A DNA stretch of 64,000 nucleotides from Dehalococcoidia bacterium (GCA_965214725.1 OZ243973.1:1799705-1863704), one strand, 5' to 3'. Numbered from the stretch's first letter, positions 45,168 to 56,041 are shown. Translations and numbers: made by a program. The notes: generated by a model not told the origin, from the letters alone.

Positions 45168-47168
45168 TCAGGACTGACGCGGCGCGGCGGCGCCGGCTGA
45201 GCCGATTGGCTCCCACACAGGTCTCAGCGCAGGCGCCCGCCCCGGCCACAGGGTGATGAGCAAGGCCACAAAGATCAGTGAGCTGCCCGCCCACACGAGG
45301 GTCATCAACGGGTTTATGAAGATCGCGAACGTGGCGGACTCATCATCGAAGCCCGCCTGAAACACGTATAGGTCATGCTGCCATGTGGATCGCACGGCGA
45401 CGCGATTCGTCGGCTGTGTCTCGAAATTGCGATAGACCTGTGTTTCCGGAAAGAGCTGCCCCACAGTCGCCCCATCCTGCTGTATGAGCAGTTGCGAGGC
45501 AAAGACCTGCCGGTTCGTCTCCTGGATCGATGCCGTTCCGGCGTAGGTGATGGTGTAGTCGTCGATCACGACTGACTCCCCGCGTTGGAGATTGACCTCC
45601 GTTGCGGACTGGAATGCGGTGGAACTGATGAGGCCGATGCCGAGAACGATGACGGCAACATGAATGAGATAGCCGCCATAGCGACGGCGGTCTCGCGAAA
45701 CGAGCCCGGTTACCGCCGCCGGAATGGATTCCCGCGTGCTTGTGCGCCTCAGGCGAATGCCACGCGCATATTCCTGCGCGATGGTTGTCAGCACAAAGGC
45801 GCATGCCCCGAATGCCAGCGGGGAGATGACGTCTCGCAGGAGCGGAATCAGCACGACCGCGGTCCCCACGCCAACCGCCAACGGTATCCGGAGGTTGCGC
45901 CAGAGCGATTGCCCGGTCGATTTTCGCCAGGCGAGCAGTGGGCCCACACCCATCAGCAAGACCAACGCAAGGAGGAGCGGCCCGTTGACCTTGAGATAGA
46001 AGGGGGCGCCTACGGTCAGGCGCTGGTTGCCGAACGCCTCGGACACCATGGGATAGACCGTTCCCCAGAAGGTGGCAAAAGCGATGCTGAACAGCAGGAG
46101 ATTGTTGAACAGGAAACCGGACTCTCGCGAGAGCACGGCCTCAAATCCCTCCTCGTCTCGAATGCGGGGCAGCCGCCAGAGCAGCAGGATAAGCGCTAGC
46201 GCCATCGTCGCCGCAAAGTACCCGAGAAAGAGTCCGCCAACATCTGACTCCGCAAAGTTGTGGACGGAGCTCAGTATGCCGCTGCGGACGATGAAGGTTC
46301 CGAAAATTGCCAGCAGATACGTCGTCAAGACGAGGCTCAATGTCCACACCTTGAGCTTTCCTCTGCGCTCGACAACCATGACGGAATGGAGGAATGCGGT
46401 GCCGGTGAGCCACGGGAGCAGCGCGACGTTTTCCACCGGGTCCCACCCCCAGTAACCGCCCCATCCCAAGACGTGATATGCCCACCAGCCGCCCAGGATG
46501 AGCCCGGCGGTCTGAATGGTCCACGCGGTCAGGGCAGGGACGCGCATCGCGCGTGTCCACTCAACGCCTACGCGCCCTGTTGCGAGCGCGGCAACAGCGA
46601 TGGCAAATGGGAGTGTCCAACTCATATACCCGGCCAGGAGCATGGGAGGGTGCACCAACATCCCCGGATCCTGAAGAAGGGGGTTGAGCCCGACGCCATC
46701 CGGCATGACGGCGGGGAGGCGGGACATGGGGCTGGCGAAGAACACGAGCACGATGAGAAAGAAAGAGAGGTTCGCCAGGATCACGGCGTTTGCGTACCCC
46801 ATCAGCGCGGGGTAGCGCCGCCCCAGTACGAAGACCATCACACTGCCGAAGATGGCCAACAGCGTCGACCAATACAGCAGTGACCCCTCTTGCCCTGCGT
46901 AGAAGGCGGACAGGGTGTAGTACCAGGGCATCGCCGTGCTTGAATGGAGCGTCACGTAGCGCAGGCCAAAATCCTGCGTAATGAAGGAGTAGACGAGTAT
47001 CGACGCCGTGATGGTGAGCAGAAACGCAACGACATAGGTGGCGTTGCGTCCGCTGACTGACAACGGCGTGATGGAGAGGCGGGCCCCCACGGTGGATGCG
47101 GCGGCGCCATACAAGGCGGCGCCAAGCGCGAGTATCAGAGCAATGTAGCCGGCGTCAGAAAGCTGCAT
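45168..47168 (-). CDS. ccmF: Cytochrome c heme lyase subunit CcmF.
   Basis: 666 aa and polytopic. It has a WGGYWGWDPVEN WWD-like motif. Confidence 0.9.
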   Translation of the reverse strand: MQLSDAGYIALILALGAALYGAAASTVGARLSITPLSVSGRNATYVVAFLLTITASILVYSFITQDFGLRYVTLHSSTAMPWYYTLSAFYAGQEGSLLYWSTLLAIFGSVMVFVLGRRYPALMGYANAVILANLSFFLIVLVFFASPMSRLPAVMPDGVGLNPLLQDPGMLVHPPMLLAGYMSWTLPFAIAVAALATGRVGVEWTRAMRVPALTAWTIQTAGLILGGWWAYHVLGWGGYWGWDPVENVALLPWLTGTAFLHSVMVVERRGKLKVWTLSLVLTTYLLAIFGTFIVRSGILSSVHNFAESDVGGLFLGYFAATMALALILLLWRLPRIRDEEGFEAVLSRESGFLFNNLLLFSIAFATFWGTVYPMVSEAFGNQRLTVGAPFYLKVNGPLLLALVLLMGVGPLLAWRKSTGQSLWRNLRIPLAVGVGTAVVLIPLLRDVISPLAFGACAFVLTTIAQEYARGIRLRRTSTRESIPAAVTGLVSRDRRRYGGYLIHVAVIVLGIGLISSTAFQSATEVNLQRGESVVIDDYTITYAGTASIQETNRQVFASQLLIQQDGATVGQLFPETQVYRNFETQPTNRVAVRSTWQHDLYVFQAGFDDESATFAIFINPLMTLVWAGSSLIFVALLITLWPGRAPALRPVWEPIGSAGAAAPRQS

Positions 47169-47183
47169 GATGGCGTTGATCGC

Positions 47184-47657
47184 CTAGCCGTAATCCGGTT
47201 CGTAGTTGGGTGCCGTGGCTCCGGCGGGCAGGGGCTCCATCGTGTCCGGGTGGCGGGTCAGCAGGAGATCAGCATTGAATGTACCGCCCGGCGTGTAATA
47301 GCCCTCAACAAAGACGACGGCATTGTCACCGAAGATATCCGGCGGGGCGCCCCGGTAGCTTACAGGAATCGTGGACTCCTCGCCGTGAACCTCAAACTCG
47401 AAAAGGAGACCGTCTCCGCGCATAATAGAACCTGCCGTGACTGTTCCGCCAACACGGAGCCGTCGATCATCAGTAATGTCTTGGGACGCCGCCAGCTCGT
47501 CTACGTTCATGTACGCTGCGGTGGCGGCATCAAGCGAGAGGAAGATGAGATACGCGACGACAAGCCCGATGACGCCGGCGCCCATGAGCAGGCGGATATT
47601 GAAACGCCCGCGTCGGGAGCGTTCATGCTCACTGAAGATGGAGTCGAATTCTGTCAA
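47184..47657 (-). CDS. ccmE: Heme chaperone CcmE.
   Basis: It has an N-terminal TM segment and an OB-fold (LRVGGTVTAGSI...FEFEVHGE...VSYRGAPPDIF...VVFVEGYY). Confidence 0.82.
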   Translation of the reverse strand: MTEFDSIFSEHERSRRGRFNIRLLMGAGVIGLVVAYLIFLSLDAATAAYMNVDELAASQDITDDRRLRVGGTVTAGSIMRGDGLLFEFEVHGEESTIPVSYRGAPPDIFGDNAVVFVEGYYTPGGTFNADLLLTRHPDTMEPLPAGATAPNYEPDYG

Positions 47658-47910
47658 GGGAACCTCTTGCCGGCCATGCGCTCTGAAAGCGAATCACTCA
47701 GTGTCTCGCAGAACAATCGTATTGAGACAGGAAGGCTCCGTCAACGATGATGGCAGGAGGCCCAGAGGGGCGGCGGGGGGATTTGGTGGATTCTTGGGGT
47801 GAGACTGTCGCGCATATTTGCCCAATAGGGCTATACTGTGGTTTAGTAATGTCGCACACTAGATTCCAACCCTTCCGACATCGTGATGCTACATAGATGA
47901 TAGGGGAAAT

Positions 47911-48159
47911 ATGCTGCGTATTCGCCTGACCCGAAAGGGCTTCAGAAAGCAACCGCACTATCGTGTCGTGGTGGCCGATCAACGGGCCCCACGGGACGGA
48001 GCGTTCGTCGAGATCCTGGGGCACTATGACCCGCGCACCGGCCCCGACTCCCTTCACATTGACCACGCTAAAGCGCAGGAGTGGCTGAGCAAAGGCGCTC
48101 AGCCAAGTGAAGCCGTCACCAAGCTCTTTCGTCGGCAGGGGATAATCGCGTCGGCATGA
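47911..48159 (+). CDS. rpsP: 30S ribosomal protein S16.
   Basis: MLRIRLTRKGFRKQPHYRVVVADQRAPRDGAFVEILGHYDP. Confidence 0.93.
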   Translation: MLRIRLTRKGFRKQPHYRVVVADQRAPRDGAFVEILGHYDPRTGPDSLHIDHAKAQEWLSKGAQPSEAVTKLFRRQGIIASA

Positions 48160-48425
48160 AGTATGCGCCATTCAATGGCAGTTGGGACGTGATCGTGAAG
48201 GAGCTCGTTGAATTCATCGCCATGAGCATTGTCGAAAACAAGGACGCCGTTCGCGTCAGCGAAAGCGTCGAGGAAGACGGCAGAGTGCTGATTAGGCTTG
48301 AAGTTGCTGAGGGTGACAAAGGCAAGGTCATTGGCCGTGGAGGCCGCGTTGCCGAGGCCATTCGGACAGTGCTGAGAATCGCGGCGATCAGGCGGGGTGT
48401 GAAGGCCAGTTTAGAGATCGTCTAG
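48156..48425 (+). CDS. KH-domain RNA-binding protein (YlqC-like).
   Basis: GKVIGRGGRVAEAIRTVL is a GXXG KH motif. It sits in the rpsP-KH-rimM arrangement. Confidence 0.85.
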   Translation: MKYAPFNGSWDVIVKELVEFIAMSIVENKDAVRVSESVEEDGRVLIRLEVAEGDKGKVIGRGGRVAEAIRTVLRIAAIRRGVKASLEIV

Positions 48426-48438
48426 AGCCGCCAAGCCC

Positions 48439-49035
48439 GTGGATTCCCCCTCAACACCGGATCGCTACATCGCCGTCGGACGCATCTCCGGCCCCTTTGG
48501 CATTAAGGGCGAACTGAAGGTTGATGTTCTGACCGACTTTCCACAGCGCTTTGAGCCGGGCAGCATGCTCTTCCTCACGGACAAGCCCGTCACTGTCCAA
48601 AGCGCTCGGGTTAGTGGGCGTAATCGCCTTATCGTTCAGCTTGAGCAGGTGCGCTCGCGTACGGAAGCGGAGACCATCCCACGCGGCGCAACCCTGGATG
48701 TCCGTGAAGAGGATGTCATCCCGCTGCCGGATGGCGCCTACTATCGCTTTCAACTCCTCGGCCTGCCCGCCGTTTCAGACGATAGTCGGGAGCCCATCGG
48801 CACCGTCGCCGACATACTCGAGACTGGCGTGAACGACGTTCTGGTGGTGCGGGCTGATGGGCAGCCTGAGGCGCTCATCCCGAATACAAGCGAGGTAGTG
48901 ACCGTTGATCTTGAGGCGGGCCTCATCCTCGTGAAGCCGATTGAGGGCTTGCTGCCCTCCCCGCCAGCAGACACTGTGCAGGAGCAAGACCAACAACCGG
49001 CGCAGAAACGCCGACGGCGCCGACGCCGGCGCTAG
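48439..49035 (+). CDS. rimM: Ribosome maturation factor RimM.
   Basis: The N-terminus reads IAVGRISGPFGIKGELKV. It has a C-terminal PRC barrel and a basic tail. Confidence 0.88.
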   Translation: MDSPSTPDRYIAVGRISGPFGIKGELKVDVLTDFPQRFEPGSMLFLTDKPVTVQSARVSGRNRLIVQLEQVRSRTEAETIPRGATLDVREEDVIPLPDGAYYRFQLLGLPAVSDDSREPIGTVADILETGVNDVLVVRADGQPEALIPNTSEVVTVDLEAGLILVKPIEGLLPSPPADTVQEQDQQPAQKRRRRRRRR

Positions 49036-49121
49036 TTCACGCTCACCTCCAAACTGCGCGGGCGGCGGCGCGGCCGGCCTGTCTTGACAGCATCCATTTG
49101 CCCATGCCGTAAAATATAGAT

Positions 49122-49877
49122 ATGTCAGGTCATTCTCATTGGTCAACGATCCAGCGGCAGAAGGGCGCGAATGATGCCAAACGCGCCAAGCTGTTCACAA
49201 AACTCTCTCGTGAGATTTCCACGGCGGCGCGGGACGGCGGCGTCAACCCTGAGTTCAATCCGCGCCTGCGCCTCGCCGTGCAGCGTGCAAAGGACTCGGG
49301 AATGCCGAACGACAACATTGACAGGACCCTCAAGAAGATTGCCGGCGGGGACAACGGAGATTCGCTCGAGGAGATCTGGTATGAGGGCTATGGAGCCGGC
49401 GGAGCGGCGGTGCTCGTCCATACCCTGACGGACAATCGCAACCGCACCTCGAATGAAGTACGGTCAACATTCGGACGGCAAGGTGGCAACATCGGTGAGG
49501 TTGGCAGCGTCAACTGGATCTTTGACAATACCGGCACAATCGTCGTTGAGGGCTCCGCCGACGAGCTCGAGGAGATTGCGCTGACGGCCATCGACGCCGG
49601 CGCAGACGATGTGGGCGACCCCGATGCGGGTCAGCTGGAGGTGTACACATCCCCCGGACAGCTGGAGACTGTGCGCGCCGCGTTGGTACAGCAGGGAGCA
49701 CAGGTCGTTCTGGCGGAGATGACCATGCGCCCCAAGACGCAGGTGGAATTGGAGGTCTCTGCGGCCAAGCAGAATCTGCGCCTCCTGGAACGCCTGGATG
49801 AGCTTGACGATGTTCAGCAGGTGTACACCAACGCCAATTTCCCGGCAGAAGTCCTCGAAAACGCCGCAGCCGGCTAG
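49122..49877 (+). CDS. yebC: YebC/PmpR-family transcriptional regulator.
   Basis: MSGHSHWSTIQRQKGANDAKRAKLFTKLSREI. Confidence 0.92.
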   Translation: MSGHSHWSTIQRQKGANDAKRAKLFTKLSREISTAARDGGVNPEFNPRLRLAVQRAKDSGMPNDNIDRTLKKIAGGDNGDSLEEIWYEGYGAGGAAVLVHTLTDNRNRTSNEVRSTFGRQGGNIGEVGSVNWIFDNTGTIVVEGSADELEEIALTAIDAGADDVGDPDAGQLEVYTSPGQLETVRAALVQQGAQVVLAEMTMRPKTQVELEVSAAKQNLRLLERLDELDDVQQVYTNANFPAEVLENAAAG

Positions 49878-49900
49878 CGCGCCTGATCTGGCAGCCCACG

Positions 49901-50413
49901 ATGGCGCGCGTCCTTGGTATCGACCCCGGAACACTCATTGCGGGCTATGGCGCGCTGGATGTTCGCGATGATGGCAGCCCGCACGAGTTCGTTGAGTGTG
50001 GTGTGATCCGCCTCAAACGCGCAGACCCTCTTGAGCTGAGGCTCCTGCGACTGCGTGAAAGCTTGCTCGAGATTGTAGAGCGCGTCCGCCCGGACGCCGT
50101 CGCCGTTGAGAGCCCGTTTGTGGGCCGGAACGTGAAAGCGGCGTTCTCCATCGGAGAGGCGCGTGGTGTCGCGCTCGTTGTTGCCGCGGAGCGCAGTATC
50201 CCTGTCCGGCAGTATGCCCCCGCAGCAATCAAGAGCAGCGTCGCCGGTCATGGACGTGCAACCAAGCAGGACGTTGAGAGGCTGCTGCGGCTTCAGGTTG
50301 CCATGCCGGAGGGCAACGTGCCCGCCGATGCCACGGATGCGCTCGCCGTCGCGATGTGTGATGCGATCCATTCCTCATCTGCCCTGTCGCGCGCAACGAC
50401 TCTGGTACGCTAA
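49901..50413 (+). CDS. ruvC: Holliday junction resolvase RuvC.
   Basis: The N-terminus MARVLGIDPGTLIAGYGAL carries the catalytic Asp. It overlaps the acdh ORF-track start, and I moved the acdh start to 50460. Confidence 0.9.
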   Translation: MARVLGIDPGTLIAGYGALDVRDDGSPHEFVECGVIRLKRADPLELRLLRLRESLLEIVERVRPDAVAVESPFVGRNVKAAFSIGEARGVALVVAAERSIPVRQYAPAAIKSSVAGHGRATKQDVERLLRLQVAMPEGNVPADATDALAVAMCDAIHSSSALSRATTLVR

Positions 50414-50459
50414 CCTGAGAAAAGACTGTTGCGTACATGAAGAGGGTAGGGGGACACTG

Positions 50460-51668
50460 ATGGACTTTCGATTGTCATCAGAGGCTGAGCAATTCCGTGG
50501 CGAACTCCGCTCATTCCTTAAAGATAACTGGGACGCGAAGGGCTTTGACGCGTATTCCATCAACGTCCGCTCCTATGACTTCGCCAACGCCGAGTCACGG
50601 CAGCATGAACATGAATTCATCATGAAACTCGTGGATAAGGGCTGGTACACCATGCACTGGCCGGCGGAATACGGCGGGCAGGACGCTCCGTTCGAGAAGC
50701 AGTTTGTGTACATGGAGGAGCTGGGGTACGCCGGCGCGCCCGAAGGCTCTCCGTCCGCCAATATCACCGGCGTCCTGATGATTCACGGCACGGATTGGCT
50801 GAAAGAACAATTCCTGCCACGCATGGCGCGGGCGGAGATTGATTGGGCACAGGGATACAGTGAACCGAATGCCGGGACAGACCTTGCCAGCTTGCAGACG
50901 CGCGGGGTGGAGGATGGCGACGATATCGTCGTGACCGGCCAGAAGATCTGGTCATCCGGCTCCCACTTCTCCAACTGGTATCACATCCTTGTTCGCACCG
51001 ACCCGAGCGCGCCCAAGCACCGCGGAATTACCTACCTCGCCATGCAGCTCACAGATGATGATGGAAAAATGATGCCCGGCATCACGCTGCGTCCGCTGAT
51101 CGACTTCTTTGGCACGCGACGCTGGAATGAGGTGTTCATGGATGAGGTTCGCGTGCCGAAACGCTACATGATTGGTGAGATGAATCGCGGATGGTATGCG
51201 GCAATGACCACGCTGAATTTTGAGCGCACGGGCATCGACAACGCCTCACGGCAGATCGGCGTCTATGACAGGTTTATCGCCATGGCGCGAGATCTGAAAT
51301 TCAACGGGGAGCCGATTCTGGCCAATCCGGTCACACGGCACCAACTTGCAGATCTGCGCGTGACGTTGGAGATTGACCGCATGTTGGCGTATCGCGTGGC
51401 GGCAATGCAGGCGGCCGGAGAGGTTCCGCAGGCTGAGGGCGCCATGTCCGGTTGGCGCATCCTGCACACATCCAAGTACTGGATCTGGCCCACCTTCGCT
51501 CGCGCTCTCGGCCCCTACGTGGCTCTGCTCAAGGGAGAGGGCCGCGCGCCCGGCAACGGTGTGTATGGGACGAACTACATGCTGTCACAGAACGAATCGG
51601 GCGGTGGCGGCGGCATTGCTCTTGGCGCCAACATCATCGCTTGGCGTGGGCTTGGCCTGCCGCGCTGA
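50460..51668 (+). CDS. Acyl-CoA dehydrogenase family protein.
   Basis: GAPEGSPSANITGV, YSEPNAGTDLASL and the C-terminal helical domain are present. The start is at the ATG at 50460 with a GAGGGTAGGGGGA RBS. Confidence 0.8.
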   Translation: MDFRLSSEAEQFRGELRSFLKDNWDAKGFDAYSINVRSYDFANAESRQHEHEFIMKLVDKGWYTMHWPAEYGGQDAPFEKQFVYMEELGYAGAPEGSPSANITGVLMIHGTDWLKEQFLPRMARAEIDWAQGYSEPNAGTDLASLQTRGVEDGDDIVVTGQKIWSSGSHFSNWYHILVRTDPSAPKHRGITYLAMQLTDDDGKMMPGITLRPLIDFFGTRRWNEVFMDEVRVPKRYMIGEMNRGWYAAMTTLNFERTGIDNASRQIGVYDRFIAMARDLKFNGEPILANPVTRHQLADLRVTLEIDRMLAYRVAAMQAAGEVPQAEGAMSGWRILHTSKYWIWPTFARALGPYVALLKGEGRAPGNGVYGTNYMLSQNESGGGGGIALGANIIAWRGLGLPR

Positions 51669-51686
51669 GCAGGCGTGCAGCAGGCG

Positions 51687-52082
51687 CTAAACGTGCCGCA
51701 GCTCAGGAAAGTACTTCTCGAAGTAGCCGCGGTCTCTGGTCAGGAATGAGTCCGCGTGAATGAGCGCATGGGCGCCGATCAGGAAATCTGTAAGCATGCG
51801 ATTCCGAGGACCGCCCCTCCGCCGATAGAGCTCCCAGCGGGCGCCCGCCTCAAAGGCAACGTCTGTATCGATTCCGGAGGGTGTGGCGCCGAGTGCCCTG
51901 AGCGTGTCATCCAGCTGGGCCCTGCTCCGAAAGAGAGGCACAAGCTCGGAATAGACAATGTCGCATACCAGGATGGCCCCGGCGTCATAAGCCTCGCGCA
52001 GCCACTGCCGGGCCTGTTCATTGTGCTCAGAGTCCGAGAGGAAGAGATCGATAAGGACGTTGGTGTCAACGGCTGTTATCAC
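51687..52082 (-). CDS. vapC: PIN-domain toxin VapC.
   Basis: The N-terminus MITAVDTNVLIDLF is present. It has an ATGA overlap with the upstream antitoxin. Confidence 0.8.
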   Translation of the reverse strand: MITAVDTNVLIDLFLSDSEHNEQARQWLREAYDAGAILVCDIVYSELVPLFRSRAQLDDTLRALGATPSGIDTDVAFEAGARWELYRRRGGPRNRMLTDFLIGAHALIHADSFLTRDRGYFEKYFPELRHV

Positions 52083-52297
52083 CGCCCACGAATCTCCTCA
52101 ATGTATTGATCAACGTCAAGGTCCAAGCCGTCCAGAGCCCCGGCGATGCGATCAACGGGGTGGCCATACGCGGCGCTCTTCTGGATCAGCAGACCGTACT
52201 CAGTGGCGGTAGCCTGAACCTCCACGCCCTGGTACAGCCCCAGTTGATCACGGATCATCTTCGGAATGGTAACCTGACCACGTTCACCTATACGCAT
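52079..52297 (-). CDS. vapB: AbrB/MazE-type (SpoVT_AbrB) antitoxin.
   Basis: MRIGERGQVTIPKMIRDQLGL is a swapped-hairpin motif. Confidence 0.72.
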   Translation of the reverse strand: MRIGERGQVTIPKMIRDQLGLYQGVEVQATATEYGLLIQKSAAYGHPVDRIAGALDGLDLDVDQYIEEIRGR

Positions 52298-52403
52298 GGT
52301 TCCTCCGGTACGCTACTCCTTGCAGCAGTATGATTTCCATATGCATATTATCATACCATTCTCACCCGAACAACCCAGCCCATTCTCTGGTACCCTGTGA
52401 ACG

Positions 52404-53009
52404 ATGATCTCCAACATTCAGGGCATTCTTGAGGCGCGTGGCGACGGCTGGGTTGACGTTGCTATTGGCGGCGTCAGCATCCGTGTTCAGGCGCCTGTGT
52501 CTGCCGTGGGCGCTCTCGGGCCCGTAGGCGCTCCTGTCCGGCTGTTCACACACCTCATGATACGAGACGAGAGCATTATCCTGTACGGTTTCCGCAGCGC
52601 AGAAGAGAAGGCTGCTTTCACGGCCTTGCTGGGTGTCTCCGGCATTGGACCGCGCCTCGGCCTGGTCATCCTGTCTGTTCTGTCCCCCGCGGACCTGGTT
52701 GAGGCAATAGAGCAGGGCGACGCCGCCGCCCTGTCACGCGCGCCGGGTGTTGGCAAGCGGAGCGCATCCCGCGTCATTGTTGAACTCAAAGGCAAACTGG
52801 ATGAGCTGGACATTGCCGGACTCACTGCCGGCACAGCGGGAACTCCCACCGTGCTGGATGCCGAACTGACGGCCGTGCTGCAATCATTAGGCTATACGGC
52901 GCAGGAGATTCGCCTTGCGGTATCCGCCGTCATGAATGCAGATACAGAGCCGCCACCGCTTGATGAGCGGGTCCGGCTTGCTCTGGCGACACTCAGTGGA
53001 GGGATGTGA
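52404..53009 (+). CDS. ruvA: Holliday junction helicase subunit RuvA.
   Basis: The N-terminus MISNIQGILE is present, with two HhH motifs (GIGPRLGLVIL, GVGKRSASRVIVEL) and a C-terminal domain III. Confidence 0.9.
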   Translation: MISNIQGILEARGDGWVDVAIGGVSIRVQAPVSAVGALGPVGAPVRLFTHLMIRDESIILYGFRSAEEKAAFTALLGVSGIGPRLGLVILSVLSPADLVEAIEQGDAAALSRAPGVGKRSASRVIVELKGKLDELDIAGLTAGTAGTPTVLDAELTAVLQSLGYTAQEIRLAVSAVMNADTEPPPLDERVRLALATLSGGM

Positions 53010-53013
53010 GCGC

Positions 53014-53472
53014 ATGCTGGAGAGCTTCTTCGTCATCATGGCCCTGATCAGCTTGCTGTGCTCATGGATCCTCTACACGGGAGGGCGATACGGCTCTGCA
53101 ACGTCAAACCCATGGTGGGCTGCCATTGGCCTCATGGCCGTCCTTCTCAACCTGCACGTCATCGGGCTGCTCTTGCCCGGTTTCCCCGCCCTCGCGTGGG
53201 CTATGATCGCCATCGCCATCGGAGCAAGCCTCCTTGCTGCGCTGCGTGAGATTTCCTTCTGGAACGCAGGTCTACTCAAGCGCCCCGGAAACCGGGAACT
53301 CCTGATGGAGGTCATCCTGATTGTCGTCAGCATCTATGCCGCCACCACTGTGGATCCGGAGCTGCCGGATGTCGGGCGCGGACCAATCATCGCCGCCATT
53401 ATCACCCCCCTGTTGATGGTGCGGTGGGCCATGACGCGCATGTTGACCCAACGCCCGGACAAGTATCTGTAG
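53014..53472 (+). CDS. Hypothetical 4-TM membrane protein.
   Basis: A GGAGGG RBS precedes it. The helices are hydrophobic. Confidence 0.5.
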   Translation: MLESFFVIMALISLLCSWILYTGGRYGSATSNPWWAAIGLMAVLLNLHVIGLLLPGFPALAWAMIAIAIGASLLAALREISFWNAGLLKRPGNRELLMEVILIVVSIYAATTVDPELPDVGRGPIIAAIITPLLMVRWAMTRMLTQRPDKYL

Positions 53473-53521
53473 CCGCGTCAACGGCCGCACGTATGGCTGC
53501 TGACTGCCGTAGAACGCTGCC

Positions 53522-53950
53522 GTGAGAGTGATCATCGACACGAATCTCCTTGTGGGCGCGCTTGCGCGGCGTGGTGGCTCCGCAAGTCAGATCCTTGAAC
53601 TGTGGCGTGCCGGCGGCTTTGACCATGTGGCATCGCTGGAAACACTGCGTGAGGCGGAGCTGATTGTGGGATCGCGGTGGGTGGAGCGGCTCAGCGGCAA
53701 GCCGGAGCGGGACACGCTCTTGCGTGATCTCAGGCAGAAATCACTCATTGTTGACGCGCCCATTATCGATGAATTGACCCTGAAAGACGCAGGGGATCGG
53801 CGGCTCGTGGAGGCGGCGCACGCCGGGAATGCGCGCTATCTTGTGACGGCAGATAGGGAGGTCCTTAGGATGTGGGGGTATGGCGGCGTGGAATTCGTCA
53901 CGTCCGCGGAATTCCTGAGGGCGCTGAATCAGCAGGACGCCCGGACGTAG
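53522..53950 (+). CDS. Orphan PIN-domain protein (VapC-like) with a GTG start.
   Basis: The N-terminus MRVIIDTNLLVGAL is present with later acidic residues (VTADRE). No adjacent antitoxin ORF is seen. Confidence 0.6.
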   Translation: MRVIIDTNLLVGALARRGGSASQILELWRAGGFDHVASLETLREAELIVGSRWVERLSGKPERDTLLRDLRQKSLIVDAPIIDELTLKDAGDRRLVEAAHAGNARYLVTADREVLRMWGYGGVEFVTSAEFLRALNQQDART

Positions 53951-54034
53951 AGCAAGCGCGACCTTCAGGGCAAACCCTTGTTACACTAGGGTATCGGGAT
54001 CACCGAAGGGGAAGGGCGATAGACGGATCAACGA

Positions 54035-56038
54035 ATGGCAACCGCGGAATACTCAGTTGCGGATCAGCGCTTTGAACTTGTTGCCCCATTCCATATGATG
54101 GGCGACCAGCCCAATGCCGTCGGCACGGTTGTTGACGGTCTTGCGGATGGCCGTCGCTATCAGACACTCAAGGGTGTCACCGGCAGCGGCAAGACGTTCA
54201 CTATGGCGAATATCGTCGCCCAAGCCCAACGCCCCGCTCTCGTTATCGCCCACAACAAGACCCTAGCCGCGCAGCTGGCAATGGAGTTTCGCGATTTCTT
54301 TCCCAACAACGCCGTCGAGTACTTCGTCTCCTACTATGACTACTACCAGCCGGAGGCATACGTTCCGCGCTCTGATACCTACATCGAAAAAGACGCGCAG
54401 ATCAACGATGAGATTGACCGATTGCGCCATGCCGCGACAAAGGCGCTCTGGGAGCGGCGTGATGTCCTGATTGTTGCATCCGTCTCCTGCATCTATGGGC
54501 TCGGCGCGCCTGATGAGTATGCATCGTTCATCCTCATGCTTGAGCGCGGCGCGCGGCATCAACGCAATGATGTTATTCGGCGCCTGATTGATATGCAGTA
54601 TGCGCGGAACGATTTTGACTTCACGCGTGGGCGTTTTCGCGTCAATGGTGACACCATCGAATTGCAGCCCGCGTATGAGGAGACCGCTGTCCGCATTGAG
54701 TTCTTTGGCGATGAGATCGAGCGGATTGTCACCGTCGACACAACAACCGGCCATGTGCTGGGAGAGCGGACAAAGGTGGCCATCTATCCCGCCAAACACT
54801 GGGTCACCGGCGATGAGAAATTGCGCGCCGCCGCGGTTGATATCGAGGCGGAACTGGAGGAACGCGCCGCATGGTTCAGAGAGCAGGGGAAACTGGTAGA
54901 GGCTCAACGCCTTGAACAGCGCACGCGCTATGACCTCGACATGCTGCGAGAGGCCGGATACTGCTCCGGAGTTGAGAATTACTCACGCCATCTGCAGCGC
55001 CGTGAGCCGCGCAGCCGCCCCTGGACACTCCTCGATTACTTTCCGAAGGACTACCTGATATTCATCGATGAGTCCCACATGACGATCCCGCAGCTGCGTG
55101 GGATGTTCCACGGGGATATTGCCCGAAAACAGGTGCTCGTTGATTACGGTTTCCGCCTGCCCTCCGCCCTCGACAATCGTCCCCTCAACTACACGGAATT
55201 CGAGAGCCTCTTTGGGCAAATCGTCTTTGTCTCTGCCACCCCGAGCGCCTATGAGCTTGAGGTGAGCAACAGCGTTGTTGAGCAGATCATCCGGCCAACA
55301 GGCCTTCTTGATCCAACCGTTGAGGTCAAACAGACCCAAGGTCAGGTGGATGACTTGCTTGCCCAGATTAAGGAGCGCGTGGACCGTGGGGAGCGCGCCC
55401 TGGTGACGACGCTGACCAAGCGAATGGCGGAGCAGCTCGCGGACTACCTGCAGGAGATGGGTGTCAAGACACACTACATTCATGCGGACGTGAAGACACT
55501 GGAACGCAGTGAGATACTGAGCGACCTTCGCCGTGGCATCTATGACGTGGTTGTCGGAATCAACCTCCTGCGTGAGGGCCTGGATCTGCCGGAAGTGAGT
55601 CTGGTTGCCGTCCTTGATGCCGACAAAGAGGGTTATCTGCGCTCAGGAACATCACTGATTCAGACCGTTGGCCGGGCTGCTCGGCATGTGAACGGCCACG
55701 TCATCATGTACGCGGATCGGATGACTGACTCCATGCACAATGCCATCTCAGAAACGTATCGCCGTCGTGACGTGCAGGAAGAATACAACACACGGCACGG
55801 CATTGTGCCGGCCGGCATCCTAAAGGACGTGCGTGACATCACCGAGCGGGTCAGACAGGTGGCCGAGGCCCCAGCCACCTACGGATCGGTTCCGAGCGAG
55901 ATCGATTTTGAGAATCTTGCGTCGGCAGTCCGTGAACTGGAAAAGCAGATGAAGCAGGCGGCGCGCAACCTGGAATTCGAAAAGGCTGCCGCCCTGCGCG
56001 ATGAAGTGGTGTCTCTCCGCCGGATGATGATCGAGTGA
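54035..56038 (+). CDS. uvrB: Excinuclease ABC subunit B.
   Basis: Walker A is [10 protein letters not shown]. The DEAH-like box is IDESH. The C-terminal UVR domain is [16 protein letters not shown]. Confidence 0.95.
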   Translation: MATAEYSVADQRFELVAPFHMMGDQPNAVGTVVDGLADGRRYQTLKGVTGSGKTFTMANIVAQAQRPALVIAHNKTLAAQLAMEFRDFFPNNAVEYFVSYYDYYQPEAYVPRSDTYIEKDAQINDEIDRLRHAATKALWERRDVLIVASVSCIYGLGAPDEYASFILMLERGARHQRNDVIRRLIDMQYARNDFDFTRGRFRVNGDTIELQPAYEETAVRIEFFGDEIERIVTVDTTTGHVLGERTKVAIYPAKHWVTGDEKLRAAAVDIEAELEERAAWFREQGKLVEAQRLEQRTRYDLDMLREAGYCSGVENYSRHLQRREPRSRPWTLLDYFPKDYLIFIDESHMTIPQLRGMFHGDIARKQVLVDYGFRLPSALDNRPLNYTEFESLFGQIVFVSATPSAYELEVSNSVVEQIIRPTGLLDPTVEVKQTQGQVDDLLAQIKERVDRGERALVTTLTKRMAEQLADYLQEMGVKTHYIHADVKTLERSEILSDLRRGIYDVVVGINLLREGLDLPEVSLVAVLDADKEGYLRSGTSLIQTVGRAARHVNGHVIMYADRMTDSMHNAISETYRRRDVQEEYNTRHGIVPAGILKDVRDITERVRQVAEAPATYGSVPSEIDFENLASAVRELEKQMKQAARNLEFEKAAALRDEVVSLRRMMIE

Positions 56039-56041
56039 GCT

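Noticed and set aside
50163-50459. The ORF-track 5' extension of the acyl-CoA dehydrogenase, which overlaps ruvC by 250 nt.
   Set aside because: The extension translates as Pro/Ser/Arg-rich junk. A strong RBS plus ATG at 50460 starts the conserved ACAD N-terminus.
54263-54907. 214-aa minus-strand ORF inside uvrB.
   Set aside because: It is antisense to a highly conserved gene.
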